Notes under the pieces: model-generated
What the model was told of the DNA's origin: nothing
Seen by the model: only the letters and a program-made list of their open reading frames with translations
Database searches by the model: none
UHGV virus genome: UHGV-0149441
Source: a virus
Direction: 5' to 3' (one strand)
Length of the DNA stretch: 42,052 nucleotides
Shown here: positions 18,036 to 27,689 of the stretch, one piece after another
How positions within the stretch are numbered: position 1 is the stretch's first letter
Layout of the letters: every line of letters starts with the position of its first letter
Position numbers and translations under genes: made by a program

Positions 18036-18959
18036 ATGAAAAAAGTTTTATTTATTTTATTATCTTGTTTTTTAGTTTTAGTGGCATGTAGTAACAACAA
18101 TAACAACTCAAAAAAATCAACTTCCGTTGATGAAAATAAAGTGCAGTTCACTAACGATACTTTAGTCCTTGATCAAGCCGTTTTAAAAATAAAAGATACT
18201 TTTTTGGTAAACGATAAAGATTTAGATAACGGAAAGAAATTATTAGCCTTTAAATACGAAGTTAAAAGTAAAGACGGGGACGAACAAATCACACCAATGA
18301 ATGTTTGGATATCGTCGATGGAGACTACACAAGATAGTGAAAATACTGAAAGTAAACTTGAAGTTGGTCCAACGCCTAATACTGGTAAATTCGAAGAATG
18401 GGACAAACACAACAATGATGTAATTAAGAAAGGTAAAACTGCTAAAGGTATTATTACTTATGAATTAGAAAATGATAAGCAAGTGACACTTAAAGCTACT
18501 AAAGGCACAGAGGGTAAAAAACTGGGTACCAAGAAAATAAATATTAGTAAACTAAAGACCGTAGATTATTCTGCAGCAGATGATATTACAAACGATTCTG
18601 CTAGTAGTTCAAAAGAAGGCAATAAAGATGTTGCGAATAACGAATCAGAAAGCACATCTAAAAATGATAATGGCAAATCACAAGACAATAATGGTAATAA
18701 TGAACGTACGCAAGGTAAGCAAGTGCAAACAGCACAAAGTAATAATCAGCAATCCGAACAACAAGACCCAAACTCTCCTAGTTACCAAGAATATTTAAAT
18801 GCTAAAAAACTTACAGAAAACATTCAAAATAATCCGGATAAATTTCAACATATAGGTGGTGGGCCTGGTATGGCATTATCTAGTCCTAACCAATCGTATG
18901 ATAGTTTCAAACAAGACGTAACTAAAGCAAGAAATGAGTCACAAGCATTACAACAATAA
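18036..18959 (+). CDS. Prophage-encoded lipoprotein (DUF4352/DUF5067-like N-domain, long S/N/Q-rich low-complexity C-terminus)
   Basis: Signal peptide with lipobox LVAC-S. It is co-oriented with cI between cI and int, the position of lysogeny-expressed morons. Confidence 0.7.
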   Translation: MKKVLFILLSCFLVLVACSNNNNNSKKSTSVDENKVQFTNDTLVLDQAVLKIKDTFLVNDKDLDNGKKLLAFKYEVKSKDGDEQITPMNVWISSMETTQDSENTESKLEVGPTPNTGKFEEWDKHNNDVIKKGKTAKGIITYELENDKQVTLKATKGTEGKKLGTKKINISKLKTVDYSAADDITNDSASSSKEGNKDVANNESESTSKNDNGKSQDNNGNNERTQGKQVQTAQSNNQQSEQQDPNSPSYQEYLNAKKLTENIQNNPDKFQHIGGGPGMALSSPNQSYDSFKQDVTKARNESQALQQ

Positions 18960-18964
18960 TTTAT

Positions 18965-18995
18965 GGGTACCTAGTACCCTTATTATTTTTTTACT
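18965..18995 (+). terminator. Rho-independent terminator (GGGTAC cta GTACCC followed by a T-run)
   Basis: A perfect 6-bp stem followed by TTATTATTTTTTT immediately after the lipoprotein stop. Confidence 0.7.
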
Positions 18996-19017
18996 TTTTT
19001 AAGGAGGAACACGGAAA

Positions 19018-20067
19018 ATGGCAACATTTACAGTAACAAAACGCAAAAATAAGACAAGCTCATCATGGCAATACGATGTTAAACACCCTAGTTTGAAATC
19101 TGGCAAAAAACGTAAATCTGGATTTAAAACAAAAGCTGAGGCTACAAACGCAGCACAACAATTAATTAGAGATTTAGAAGATGGCAACAACATTGAAGAT
19201 AATAAAAAGTTCGTTGACTACTACGATGACTGGATAAAAATTAAGAACAAGAAACAGTTGTCTAGCAAACAATTCTACTGGTATGAAAGATCGATTAAAT
19301 TATTCAGTGAGTATTTCGGAGAAAATATGTTAGTTAAAAATATCACACGTAGTGAGTATCAAAAGTTTTTAAATCAATACGCACAAGGTCACACTGATGA
19401 AACAGTAAGAAAAGTTCACGGTTGTCTTGCTAGATGTATTAGAGACGCGTTATACGATGGCTATTTGAAGAAAGACCCTACTTATAATGTAAATATCAAA
19501 GGGACTGAAAAAGCTAAAGATGAGAAATTTAAGTTTATTACGATAAAAGACTATTTAAACTTGCTAGATTATTTCAAGAAAAGAGATGAAGAAAGTTATG
19601 TTTTGCTATATCTATTAGGCATTACTGGCGCAAGATATAGCGATGTCATCAATATGACTTACAAAGATCTAAACAAAGCGAATGGCATAATTCATTTGCC
19701 TGGAACGAAAACAAAGAATTCAAAACGTGATGTAGAAGTTAATTCAAAAGATATCATGCACATAAATTCAAAATTAGCTAAAATGCCGCGTAGAATTGAT
19801 GGCAAGTTATTCTCGGTTAGTCATACATCAGTAAGTAAAGCATTTAGAAAAGCTAAAGAAGTGATAGGATTAAACGATAATAATATAACTCCCTATTCAC
19901 TCAGACATACGCACACATCTTACTTACTATCTAAAGGAATACCAATCGAGTATATAAGTAAACGTTTAGGTCACGCTACTATATCACAAACGTTAGACAC
20001 GTATTCACATTTATTAGAAGAACATAAAAAAGAGCAAGGCCAACGTGTCAGAGAAATATTCTCTTGA
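19018..20067 (+). CDS. int: Tyrosine integrase (site-specific recombinase)
   Basis: 349 aa with a C-terminal catalytic region (R...HTHTSYL...RLGH...Y). RBS AAGGAGG. Confidence 0.9.
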   Translation: MATFTVTKRKNKTSSSWQYDVKHPSLKSGKKRKSGFKTKAEATNAAQQLIRDLEDGNNIEDNKKFVDYYDDWIKIKNKKQLSSKQFYWYERSIKLFSEYFGENMLVKNITRSEYQKFLNQYAQGHTDETVRKVHGCLARCIRDALYDGYLKKDPTYNVNIKGTEKAKDEKFKFITIKDYLNLLDYFKKRDEESYVLLYLLGITGARYSDVINMTYKDLNKANGIIHLPGTKTKNSKRDVEVNSKDIMHINSKLAKMPRRIDGKLFSVSHTSVSKAFRKAKEVIGLNDNNITPYSLRHTHTSYLLSKGIPIEYISKRLGHATISQTLDTYSHLLEEHKKEQGQRVREIFS

Positions 20068-20251
20068 CACTTATTTGACACTTACTCTCTCGAAAGCCCG
20101 TCATATCAACGGTATAGTACGGAAACGGAGGGATAAAAATAAATGTCTAAATAAAACTAAATAGCCATAAGTACAGTGTTTTCAAAGATTTATTTTCTAA
20201 ATAGAACTAAAAGATTATAACTATTTTGACACGTATTTGACACGTGTACAC

Positions 20252-20285
20252 AAAAAACCACGCTCATAAGAACGTGGTTTAGAAT
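20252..20285. terminator. Hairpin AACCACG ... CGTGGTT flanked by an A-run and a T-run (bidirectional terminator candidate)
   Basis: Inverted repeat at 20256-20262 and 20273-20279. Confidence 0.4.
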
Positions 20286-20324
20286 ATAGTATTAGTTTGA
20301 AATTAGGGACAAAGATTATTATAC

Positions 20325-20357
20325 AATAAAAAATAGGGTAGCCATAGCGACTACCCT
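20325..20357 (-). terminator. Rho-independent terminator of the lysis operon (AGGGTAG ... CTACCCT followed by a T-run on the minus strand)
   Basis: Stem at 20335-20341 and 20351-20357; the minus-strand T-run corresponds to plus AATAAAAAAT at 20325-20334. Confidence 0.55.
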
Positions 20358-20385
20358 TGTATAATGACGTGGTAATTTAATTATA

Positions 20386-21858
20386 TCAAACTGCACTAAA
20401 TTTACCAAAACTATTTAAACGTTTGCCGTCTTTATCTACTTCGCCTGTTGCTATATAACGACGTTTACCGTTATTCGCAATATAAGTTATCCAACGATAA
20501 CCATTTATACAATAAGCACCGTCATAGATAATAGATGTGCCATTCGGTAATACACCTGTAATTGTTGCAGTCGTATTGTATGATGTTCTTACGTTGTTAC
20601 CTTTAACAGTCGTAACTGTATATTTGCCACTCTCTTTTTTGTAAGGTACACCATTCTTATCTAACACATAGCCATTTGGTACAACTGGTTTCTTTTCATC
20701 TTTCGGTTTAGGTTTCTTACTACTAGCGACCACACCACCGATAGGCTTACCGTGAATCGCTCCAGATATCAACTTAGCATACTTTTTACTATTCTTCTTA
20801 ATCCAATCCATATCAGCTTTGTTAGTGATAAAACCTAATTCAGTTAAACGATAATTCATGTTGATTTCTGCCGAAACATTAGCGTTTAGTAAGTCGTTTC
20901 TTGGTGTGATGTCTCTAATCTGACCTACATTATCTTTAATCACTTTTTGTATGTCTTTATCAATTCTATCTGCACTGAACGCACTAGAGATGATAACATG
21001 ACCGCCCGACGCAGACGCACCTGCTGCGTCCAAATGGAATTCTGCTATAATATCGTATTTCTGTTTTTTAACCCAATACATACCGTAATCTGACCTATTA
21101 CCTACATTCTGACCGTAAGCAGTATCTTGATACATATCTTGCGACTGTTTAGTACCACCATATAAAGCTACTTCGTGGCCTGCTTGTCGTAAATAACTCG
21201 CAACATGAGGTGTGATGTTTTTACGAATGAAATCGCGTTCGTTTGTACCATTTCCAACCGCTCCTGGATCACTATATCCGTGGCCTGCAACAATCATAAT
21301 TTTCTTAGGTTTAATTTTAGCTTTTGCTTTCTCATTTTTAGATACTGCGTTCTTGATGATTTTTTTTGCTTTCTTACCTGCATTGATATTACTTGGGAAG
21401 TCAAAGCGAATGAAGTACATAGGATCATCATAATAATGCCAACGTCTTGTCACTCTCTCTGGTCCCCAACCTGGAGACGCTACACCATTCGTCCAACCTT
21501 GTCCGTTCCAATTTTGCTCTAACACTTCAAATTGTGTGAGTGTTGCTCGCGTTACTGGTGCAACGTGACCAGCACCACCGCCATAGCCACCGTTAAACAC
21601 TGCTATATCAGTTTTTCGAGGTAAGAAAGAATCATAGTTTTTAATCACTTTTGCATATTTGCTTATTACCTTTTCATTATCAAATGGTATGTTTTTCGCA
21701 TATAAACCTGTTAATCTAGCACCTGTGACTGCATTAAAAAATGCATTTGCGTAATCGTAACACTGAAAACCTGCATAATTGTCAAAGTTATATTGTTTAC
21801 CTTCTGAATTATCAAGCCATTTTTCCGCTTGAGATTTAGTCATTAACATATGTGCCAC
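20386..21858 (-). CDS. Endolysin: CHAP peptidase, amidase_3 (MurNAc-L-Ala amidase) and an SH3b cell-wall binding domain
   Basis: 490 aa with the CHAP Cys context FQCYDYAN, an amidase_3 core (IVAGHGYSDPGA...E), and a C-terminal SH3_5-like region. Confidence 0.85.
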   Translation of the reverse strand: MAHMLMTKSQAEKWLDNSEGKQYNFDNYAGFQCYDYANAFFNAVTGARLTGLYAKNIPFDNEKVISKYAKVIKNYDSFLPRKTDIAVFNGGYGGGAGHVAPVTRATLTQFEVLEQNWNGQGWTNGVASPGWGPERVTRRWHYYDDPMYFIRFDFPSNINAGKKAKKIIKNAVSKNEKAKAKIKPKKIMIVAGHGYSDPGAVGNGTNERDFIRKNITPHVASYLRQAGHEVALYGGTKQSQDMYQDTAYGQNVGNRSDYGMYWVKKQKYDIIAEFHLDAAGASASGGHVIISSAFSADRIDKDIQKVIKDNVGQIRDITPRNDLLNANVSAEINMNYRLTELGFITNKADMDWIKKNSKKYAKLISGAIHGKPIGGVVASSKKPKPKDEKKPVVPNGYVLDKNGVPYKKESGKYTVTTVKGNNVRTSYNTTATITGVLPNGTSIIYDGAYCINGYRWITYIANNGKRRYIATGEVDKDGKRLNSFGKFSAV

Positions 21859-22155
21859 CTACCCTAATTCGTCTAAATTCGTAGGTTCTACGTTTTCGTT
21901 TGTAATTGGTGCTTGACCTGTTGCGTTACGATATTTCTTTTCTGCTTTGTACTTTTTAAGTTTTTGATTAGCCCAACGCCCTTCTTTCGTAGTTGGATTG
22001 TCTTTATACGTTGTATATAAAGCTATGACAGTTAAGATGATAGACGAAATCGTTTCTTCATCTACTGGAATCGGACTAATACCTTTGTTTGCTAAAAACT
22101 GATTGATTAATGCTAAAACTAATACCGCATATCTAGTTATTACTTTTGCTTTCAT
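21859..22155 (-). CDS. Holin (two TM segments)
   Basis: 98 aa with two hydrophobic helices and a charged C-terminus, immediately upstream of the endolysin. Confidence 0.7.
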   Translation of the reverse strand: MKAKVITRYAVLVLALINQFLANKGISPIPVDEETISSIILTVIALYTTYKDNPTTKEGRWANQKLKKYKAEKKYRNATGQAPITNENVEPTNLDELG

Positions 22156-22194
22156 TTATTTATGCTCCTTTTAGTTAAATTAAAAAGCCAACCG

Positions 22195-22734
22195 TTATTG
22201 GTTAGCTTTGACGTATTTGTATTCTTCGATTGGATTATCGTTATAGATATATCTAGTCTCTAATTTTGAACCTTCCTCAATTAATGCATTCGTTATATCG
22301 GAGTTGTTTGTAATAGTATTCACTTTTGGAACAACTATAAAATTACCTTCACTATCTTCAATTTGAACATTTAGATTGAAAGTGTCTGGCATAACATTGT
22401 AAATCTGTAATTTTTCTATAAAATCATTTAAATTGAAGTTTTTGAATGAAGATAACTTTTCTACAATATTCTTTAGATGTGTTTCTAAACTGATTTTATA
22501 ATTTTTTTGGTTATCAACGATGTCAGTACCTTTTTGAGCTGTATTATAAAATATGGCAACACGAACAACATCATCGTATTGTGTACTTGCCTCTATTAGC
22601 AAGCAATCAAGTTGTCCTTTTGTTTTCAACCAATCTTCTTTCATAATTTTAACCACTTCATCTGCTATAGGTTTAGCCATTAATTCAATCCATTGTCCTT
22701 TTTCTTTGTCGAAAATTTTAGGTATAGCTTTCAT
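22195..22734 (-). CDS. Hypothetical protein between the tail and lysis modules
   Basis: 179 aa ORF with an ATGA overlap to the upstream ORF. Confidence 0.45.
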   Translation of the reverse strand: MKAIPKIFDKEKGQWIELMAKPIADEVVKIMKEDWLKTKGQLDCLLIEASTQYDDVVRVAIFYNTAQKGTDIVDNQKNYKISLETHLKNIVEKLSSFKNFNLNDFIEKLQIYNVMPDTFNLNVQIEDSEGNFIVVPKVNTITNNSDITNALIEEGSKLETRYIYNDNPIEEYKYVKANQ

Positions 22735-23243
22735 TATTCATTACCTCCAGTAGTGTCAATCCAAATTTTAGTTGTATCAGTCGGTGCGTTTTCTCCAATG
22801 ACAAAATTTTCTTCGCTTTCAGTTTGATTCTTAATCAATCCATTTTTTACACCATATTCAATTATCTCTTGCCATAAGTCATGGTTTTGTGTGTTGATTA
22901 ATTGTCTACCAATCACACTCTCTGTCACTTGAATTTTTGCTTTATTGTCAGACGGGAATACATACTTGTTATCAACCCATATTTCTAATGAATACGTGTT
23001 TGCAGGGATAATCTGATTGATTACAACATCGCACACATAGGCATTGTCATATTGCCTAACTGTAGTGTCGTAGATATATTTGACACCTGTACTGTCAGTG
23101 AGAAAAACTTTTGCAGGTAATCCGTCTAGTTTTAAGTCGTCGTTGTTAGTGTCAGATAAGATGTATCGCATGTGTGATAAGTCACCTTGTTTAATGCGAT
23201 TGCCGTCTTGTGAGTCATTTAAATTAAGTACATTTATTAACAT
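22734..23243 (-). CDS. Hypothetical protein between the tail and lysis modules (possible tail fibre accessory)
   Basis: 169 aa ORF. Confidence 0.45.
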   Translation of the reverse strand: MLINVLNLNDSQDGNRIKQGDLSHMRYILSDTNNDDLKLDGLPAKVFLTDSTGVKYIYDTTVRQYDNAYVCDVVINQIIPANTYSLEIWVDNKYVFPSDNKAKIQVTESVIGRQLINTQNHDLWQEIIEYGVKNGLIKNQTESEENFVIGENAPTDTTKIWIDTTGGNE

Positions 23244-23295
23244 TAGAAACCACCCTTCAATTATTAAAGGCTACCCACCGTCAGTGAGTAGCCTT

Positions 23296-25197
23296 TTATC
23301 TATATTTATCTCTGATATAATACATACCTTTTAATCCTACTTTTTTGTATAAACTGTTTATTGTTGTTGCTTGGAAATTACACCACTCAATAGCAGTAGC
23401 GTACTGCATACGACCTGGATTTTTAGGGTTCCAACGCATTCGATATAAAGTATTCTTTCCTTTATTAAAGAATTGTTTTCTAACGAACTTAGCGCCACCT
23501 ATAATACCGTTACGTGGACTCGTCCAACCTTGTCGTTTGGCGTATGCTATAGAAGCATTAGGGTTATTGTCATATGCTGCAATACCAAAGTAATTGTAAA
23601 TACCATAACGTCCACTTGCGTAGTTACTACGCCCATATCCACTTTCTAAGAAAGCATGAGCAATTAAGTATATTTCATTTACGTTGTATTTCTTACAACC
23701 GTCTGAGAAAGCTTTACCTTGACCGGATAAAGTACCTTTACCTTTAAGTATCTTATTCAACTTACTTACTGGTATGCCTTGATACTTGCCTAAATCTAGC
23801 ATTTGATACCTTTGTACTGAACTATTCCATATAGTGTTAGGGTTCATATACTTACTTGTTTGTGACCTAGAAGCATTTCCCCAACCCCAACTATAAGATT
23901 TTTGAGGCATGCCATGAGCCATTTGTGCATTAAGTGCTTGTTGGAAAGTATATTTACTTTTCTCTACAACTACACGAGGTTTATTTGAAGTTCTGTTTGT
24001 CGTTTTACCTGTCGACTTATCGTTCTGTGAAGGATTGTCGACCGAAGTTTTAGGTTTAATTTTTATCTTTGTCTTTGTAGTTGTTGTAGTAATTGTTTCT
24101 GTAAGTAATTTATCTCTTTTCAAATATAAACCGATAATTTTCTTCTCGACTTCTTTATATTTACTTTCATCAGGAATACCATTTTTGATTAAGTCGTAAT
24201 TGATTAAATCTTTCATAGAACGCCATATGTTAGGATCTGCTTTGATTGACGATTCAGAAAGTTTCACCTTACTCCAACTTAACAACCAAACGCCGTAGAT
24301 TAACGCTCTGATTTGATTGAGCATGAATTGGCGTTTGCTATCCGTTTGTCCTCCGCAAACTTCCATAACAAGCCAACCTGGATGTTCTGGTGCTTCTTCT
24401 GAATCAGGTCTAGGTGTCCATACACGCTCACGGTCAATATATACATGAGGGTATTCATCTTCATTCACATATTTATTACGTTGTAAATACAATTCTTCAA
24501 CAGAACGCATATGTGTACTCTCTTTGATATATATACCTTTTACCTTCCCTATCAACTTTTGCCCTTCAACCATGTAATGATAAATATATTCCAAATCATC
24601 GTCTAAATCGTATGCGAATGATGTATAGGAAACTTTGGTAATCTCTTTAGTTATAGGTTTTGTTTGTTCTTTTGTGTTTTTAGGAGTGTTGTCATTAGAA
24701 GGTTTGGACGGTGTACTACTTGGTTTCGATGGTTTCTTAGTTTCTGCGTGGTAGGGAGGTCTGACGAACCCACTTATACCGTTATAACTATGTTTAATTT
24801 TCGCACCAGGTGAGCCTGTATAACTATTTGCACCAATCCAATTTTGATCCACACTAGTAAAGTAACTTTTGGTAGATGGACCTATGACAACAGCAGTATG
24901 CCCAACACCGTTATTAAAGGAGCCCTTTCCCCAAACTGCCATGTCACCAGGTTTCGGAACAAAGTTTCTAGTGTTCCTATAGAATTTGAAGCCTTTAGGA
25001 TATCTATACCATGCCATAGCAATCGCATTTCCTGTTGTTTTAAAATGCCAATATCTATTGAAAATGTAGTTTGGTAAATCCCAACACTGGGCGCCATAAT
25101 AACCGTCTACATCAACTCTTCTGCCAATCATCCTTTTTGCCCATGCTGCAACTTCCGAAGCAGTAGGTTTTCTTCTTTTAGGACTAGGTAATCCCAT
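23296..25197 (-). CDS. Virion-associated peptidoglycan hydrolase (N-terminal CHAP, C-terminal glucosaminidase/LYZ2)
   Basis: 633 aa with a CHAP (AQCWDL...GHTAVV) and a C-terminal glucosaminidase motif (IAHAFLESGYGRS). Confidence 0.8.
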   Translation of the reverse strand: MGLPSPKRRKPTASEVAAWAKRMIGRRVDVDGYYGAQCWDLPNYIFNRYWHFKTTGNAIAMAWYRYPKGFKFYRNTRNFVPKPGDMAVWGKGSFNNGVGHTAVVIGPSTKSYFTSVDQNWIGANSYTGSPGAKIKHSYNGISGFVRPPYHAETKKPSKPSSTPSKPSNDNTPKNTKEQTKPITKEITKVSYTSFAYDLDDDLEYIYHYMVEGQKLIGKVKGIYIKESTHMRSVEELYLQRNKYVNEDEYPHVYIDRERVWTPRPDSEEAPEHPGWLVMEVCGGQTDSKRQFMLNQIRALIYGVWLLSWSKVKLSESSIKADPNIWRSMKDLINYDLIKNGIPDESKYKEVEKKIIGLYLKRDKLLTETITTTTTKTKIKIKPKTSVDNPSQNDKSTGKTTNRTSNKPRVVVEKSKYTFQQALNAQMAHGMPQKSYSWGWGNASRSQTSKYMNPNTIWNSSVQRYQMLDLGKYQGIPVSKLNKILKGKGTLSGQGKAFSDGCKKYNVNEIYLIAHAFLESGYGRSNYASGRYGIYNYFGIAAYDNNPNASIAYAKRQGWTSPRNGIIGGAKFVRKQFFNKGKNTLYRMRWNPKNPGRMQYATAIEWCNFQATTINSLYKKVGLKGMYYIRDKYR

Positions 25198-25220
25198 ATA
25201 TCCACCTCATTTCCGGCATA

Positions 25221-25250
25221 ATAAAAAGCCGACTAAAAAGCCGGCTTTGT
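25221..25250. terminator. Bidirectional rho-independent terminator hairpin (AAAGCCG ... CGGCTTT with flanking T/A runs)
   Basis: Inverted repeat between the tiny ORF and the CHAP hydrolase gene. Confidence 0.5.
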
Positions 25251-25257
25251 TTCTCAA

Positions 25258-25320
25258 TTATTTACATTTACCAAACCAGAAACATTCCCAAAAACTTGCA
25301 CCTAAAAATAATCCGAACAT
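25258..25320 (-). CDS. Tiny hydrophobic peptide of 20 aa (MFGLFLGASFWECFWFGKCK)
   Basis: Perfect SD AAAGGAGGTG 8 nt upstream, followed by a terminator hairpin. Very short, so speculative. Confidence 0.25.
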   Translation of the reverse strand: MFGLFLGASFWECFWFGKCK

Positions 25321-25335
25321 GGTAACTCACCTCCT

Positions 25336-25668
25336 TTAAACACCGAAAAACATTCTTAATACTGCTACGATTAAAGAACCAGCTATAGTGCCAACCAATC
25401 CTAAAACCCACATTTTAATGTCTTTGATGTTTTTTTGATTTTCTTTTTTGTTTTGAGATTCTAATTCTCTCTCTCTGTTGATAGAGTCCAAAGTGAAATT
25501 CATTTTTTGATTAATCAAATTTTGATTGTGTTGTCCGTCTTTTATCTGTTCCAAAGAGTTGAAGATTTTTTCGTCGTTATCTTCCAATCTTTTTATACGT
25601 CTTTCGTAATCCCCTCTTTGGCTACTTTCTGTCATATAAACACCTACTTCACTTAAAATAAAAACCAC
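25336..25668 (-). CDS. XhlA-like membrane protein (coiled coil plus C-terminal TM)
   Basis: 110 aa with a C-terminal hydrophobic helix WVLGLVGTIAGSLIVAVLRMFFGV. Confidence 0.5.
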   Translation of the reverse strand: MVFILSEVGVYMTESSQRGDYERRIKRLEDNDEKIFNSLEQIKDGQHNQNLINQKMNFTLDSINRERELESQNKKENQKNIKDIKMWVLGLVGTIAGSLIVAVLRMFFGV

Positions 25669-25674
25669 AAGCTA

Positions 25675-25812
25675 TTTAACTTGTGGTTCGTAATCTTTAC
25701 CTGTAGTTTCTTTAAATTGTTCCGGAGTAATCCAACCAACTCTAACAAACTTTTTGAAAGTTTCGTCAGTGTATAATTTTTTCTTATATAAATCGATTAC
25801 TACTTTATCCAT
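25675..25812 (-). CDS. XkdX-like small protein of 45 aa (MDKVVIDLYKKKLYTDETFKKFVRVGWITPEQFKE...)
   Basis: Manual translation. It resembles the XkdX family, which is commonly adjacent to XhlA. TAATATG coupling with the upstream ORF. Confidence 0.45.
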
Positions 25813-25813
25813 A

Positions 25814-26173
25814 TTACGCTTCCCCCAATTTTTGATTTGCTTGTTCTTCAGTTATTAGTGCGATGTTCTGCTTCAAACTCATAACTTCTTCTTGTAAATC
25901 GACAACTAAGCTAGTTAATTTAGCTATAGCAATATCTTTGTCATCAACAGGAATTTCTACTTCAGGCAACATCTTTTCTAGCTCATCTTGGGTTTGTCCA
26001 ACCCATTGTTTACCGTCATAATAGCAAGGTAAGATAATACCTTGAGGAGGTTGGTTCTCTGTCCATTTTTCATCAGGATAAACATATTCATCTTCTTCGT
26101 TTTTGTGAACAATAATTGCTTGTCCATTTTTCCATAAATAAACTACTTTCATTTCATCACTCCGTCCATTCAT
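25814..26173 (-). CDS. Hypothetical tail-associated protein
   Basis: 119 aa ORF. Confidence 0.4.
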   Translation of the reverse strand: MNGRSDEMKVVYLWKNGQAIIVHKNEEDEYVYPDEKWTENQPPQGIILPCYYDGKQWVGQTQDELEKMLPEVEIPVDDKDIAIAKLTSLVVDLQEEVMSLKQNIALITEEQANQKLGEA

Positions 26174-27689
26174 ATTGACCGTAAATATAATCTGTATCAG
26201 TCCACGCTGATGGATCTACAGTAGCGTCAAAATTCACTGTTCCTGATGTGTTCAACGAAATACGTCCGCTGTTTTTGTTTCTAGGTGCACTTATTGAGAA
26301 AAACATTAAGTTTTTGACGAATTCTTTAGGTAAAAGTGCAATAGTCTGTCCATGTTTGATAGTTGTAGCATTAATGCGTAACATTTTCTTAGTAACTCCA
26401 TTCTGTGTGATTGTTCTGTACGCACTAGTAAATCCACCTTTGGAAACTAAGTCGTTATGAGGCGACGCACTGTTCACTAGTTGTAAATCAATCCAACCAG
26501 TATCTACAACATCTGAACCAACACGTTCCCATTTGCTCCAACTCTTATAAAATCTTTTTTGGTAGATTACAGTTGAATTGTAAGGTTGGTATTGTATTAG
26601 AACAGCATCTCCATTTCTTTTGTACTTTGTTAACCACCCATTATTATTTGTTCCAGCTGGATTGTTCAAAGTAAGAACAACATATCTAGTTCCTATCGGT
26701 AAAGACATTAATTGTTCGTTATTGTCGAAATCTATTTGTAGGTTGGCATCATAAAAATTAGTACCATCATCATTTGTTAATTTAAATTTTTGCCAATCCT
26801 TTTCTGTAAACTTACTTTCTACATATTCAGGAGTAGTAAAGCCATCTCTTTCAAGGGTTTCATTAAATATTTGTAGCTTTTCATCAATTGTTGTGTTAGC
26901 TTGATTAACATTTGAATTAAAAGCGTCCACATTGCTATCATAAGTTTTTTGGAATGTATCTGAAGCTAAATCATAATCCGTTTTGATAGCGTCACGTTTA
27001 GCATCAATTTGTCTTAAAGCTTCTTCTCTCTCTAGGTCAATGCTTTGGTTAGACGATATTAACGCGTCTGTAATTGAAACAATAGCGTCTGCTTGAGCCT
27101 TGTTTATTTTAATGAGGTATTCTTCAGCTGTTTGCTTAATAGATTCAATCAACGTTTGTGTATCGCCTATATCTTGCTTAAGTTGTTGCACTTTCTTTTC
27201 TAATTCCGAACGCAATTCATCAAACATTCGAATATAAGATACTTTGATATCACTTTCGATTTGATTGATAAGACTGTCGCGTACCGTGAATTTAAAAGTG
27301 CCTAACACAACAGTGTCGTCTTTTCCTACGTTGTTTACATCGTTGAGTGATAAGTAAATTTCACCCAACACTTCAGAATCGACAACGTTTTTCAGAAACC
27401 ATTGAGGTACCGTAACACCTATTAATCCTTTCATTGGATCAATGAATTCTACGTCTAATACACCTGATGTACTAGGTCGTTTTTCTTCTGTTCCGTTCGC
27501 AGCTTTAAAGAAAGCATAACCTTTAACATTCTTATCGCTGATTAACAAAGGTTTGTTGTCTTTTTGTACTACAAATTGAAATTTAGCAGTGTTTTTATCG
27601 AGATTATAAAAACCGATACCTCTATTAGATATCGGTTGTAAATATGGTTCTTCGTTTAAATCAAGTTTACCTACTTTTTCTAATTCCAT
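26157..27689 (-). CDS. Tail fibre or receptor-binding protein candidate (N-terminal baseplate-anchor region, central coiled coil, C-terminal globular head)
   Basis: 510 aa in the tail-tip operon with a heptad-rich middle region. Confidence 0.5.
   Translation of the reverse strand: MELEKVGKLDLNEEPYLQPISNRGIGFYNLDKNTAKFQFVVQKDNKPLLISDKNVKGYAFFKAANGTEEKRPSTSGVLDVEFIDPMKGLIGVTVPQWFLKNVVDSEVLGEIYLSLNDVNNVGKDDTVVLGTFKFTVRDSLINQIESDIKVSYIRMFDELRSELEKKVQQLKQDIGDTQTLIESIKQTAEEYLIKINKAQADAIVSITDALISSNQSIDLEREEALRQIDAKRDAIKTDYDLASDTFQKTYDSNVDAFNSNVNQANTTIDEKLQIFNETLERDGFTTPEYVESKFTEKDWQKFKLTNDDGTNFYDANLQIDFDNNEQLMSLPIGTRYVVLTLNNPAGTNNNGWLTKYKRNGDAVLIQYQPYNSTVIYQKRFYKSWSKWERVGSDVVDTGWIDLQLVNSASPHNDLVSKGGFTSAYRTITQNGVTKKMLRINATTIKHGQTIALLPKEFVKNLMFFSISAPRNKNSGRISLNTSGTVNFDATVDPSAWTDTDYIYGQYEWTE

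Larger units (their letters stand above)
20064..20385. other. attP region with arm-type direct repeats TTGACAC(T/G)T in two pairs (20064-20082 and 20226-20243)
   Basis: An intergenic gap between int and the lysis module with four copies of TTGACAC, two hairpins, and an AT-rich core candidate of about 145 bp. Confidence 0.5.

Noticed and set aside
18173-18415. 80-aa minus-strand ORF inside the lipoprotein gene
   Set aside because: It is antisense to a gene with a clear signal peptide, RBS and terminator.
17984-19018. Searched for an excisionase (small HTH or winged-helix ORF) next to int
   Set aside because: No ORF was found on either strand other than the lipoprotein. Xis may be one of the unassigned small early ORFs, for example 15942-16160, but nothing identifies it.
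18999-19193. 64-aa minus-strand ORF overlapping the int start
   Set aside because: It is antisense to the integrase N-terminus and has no RBS.
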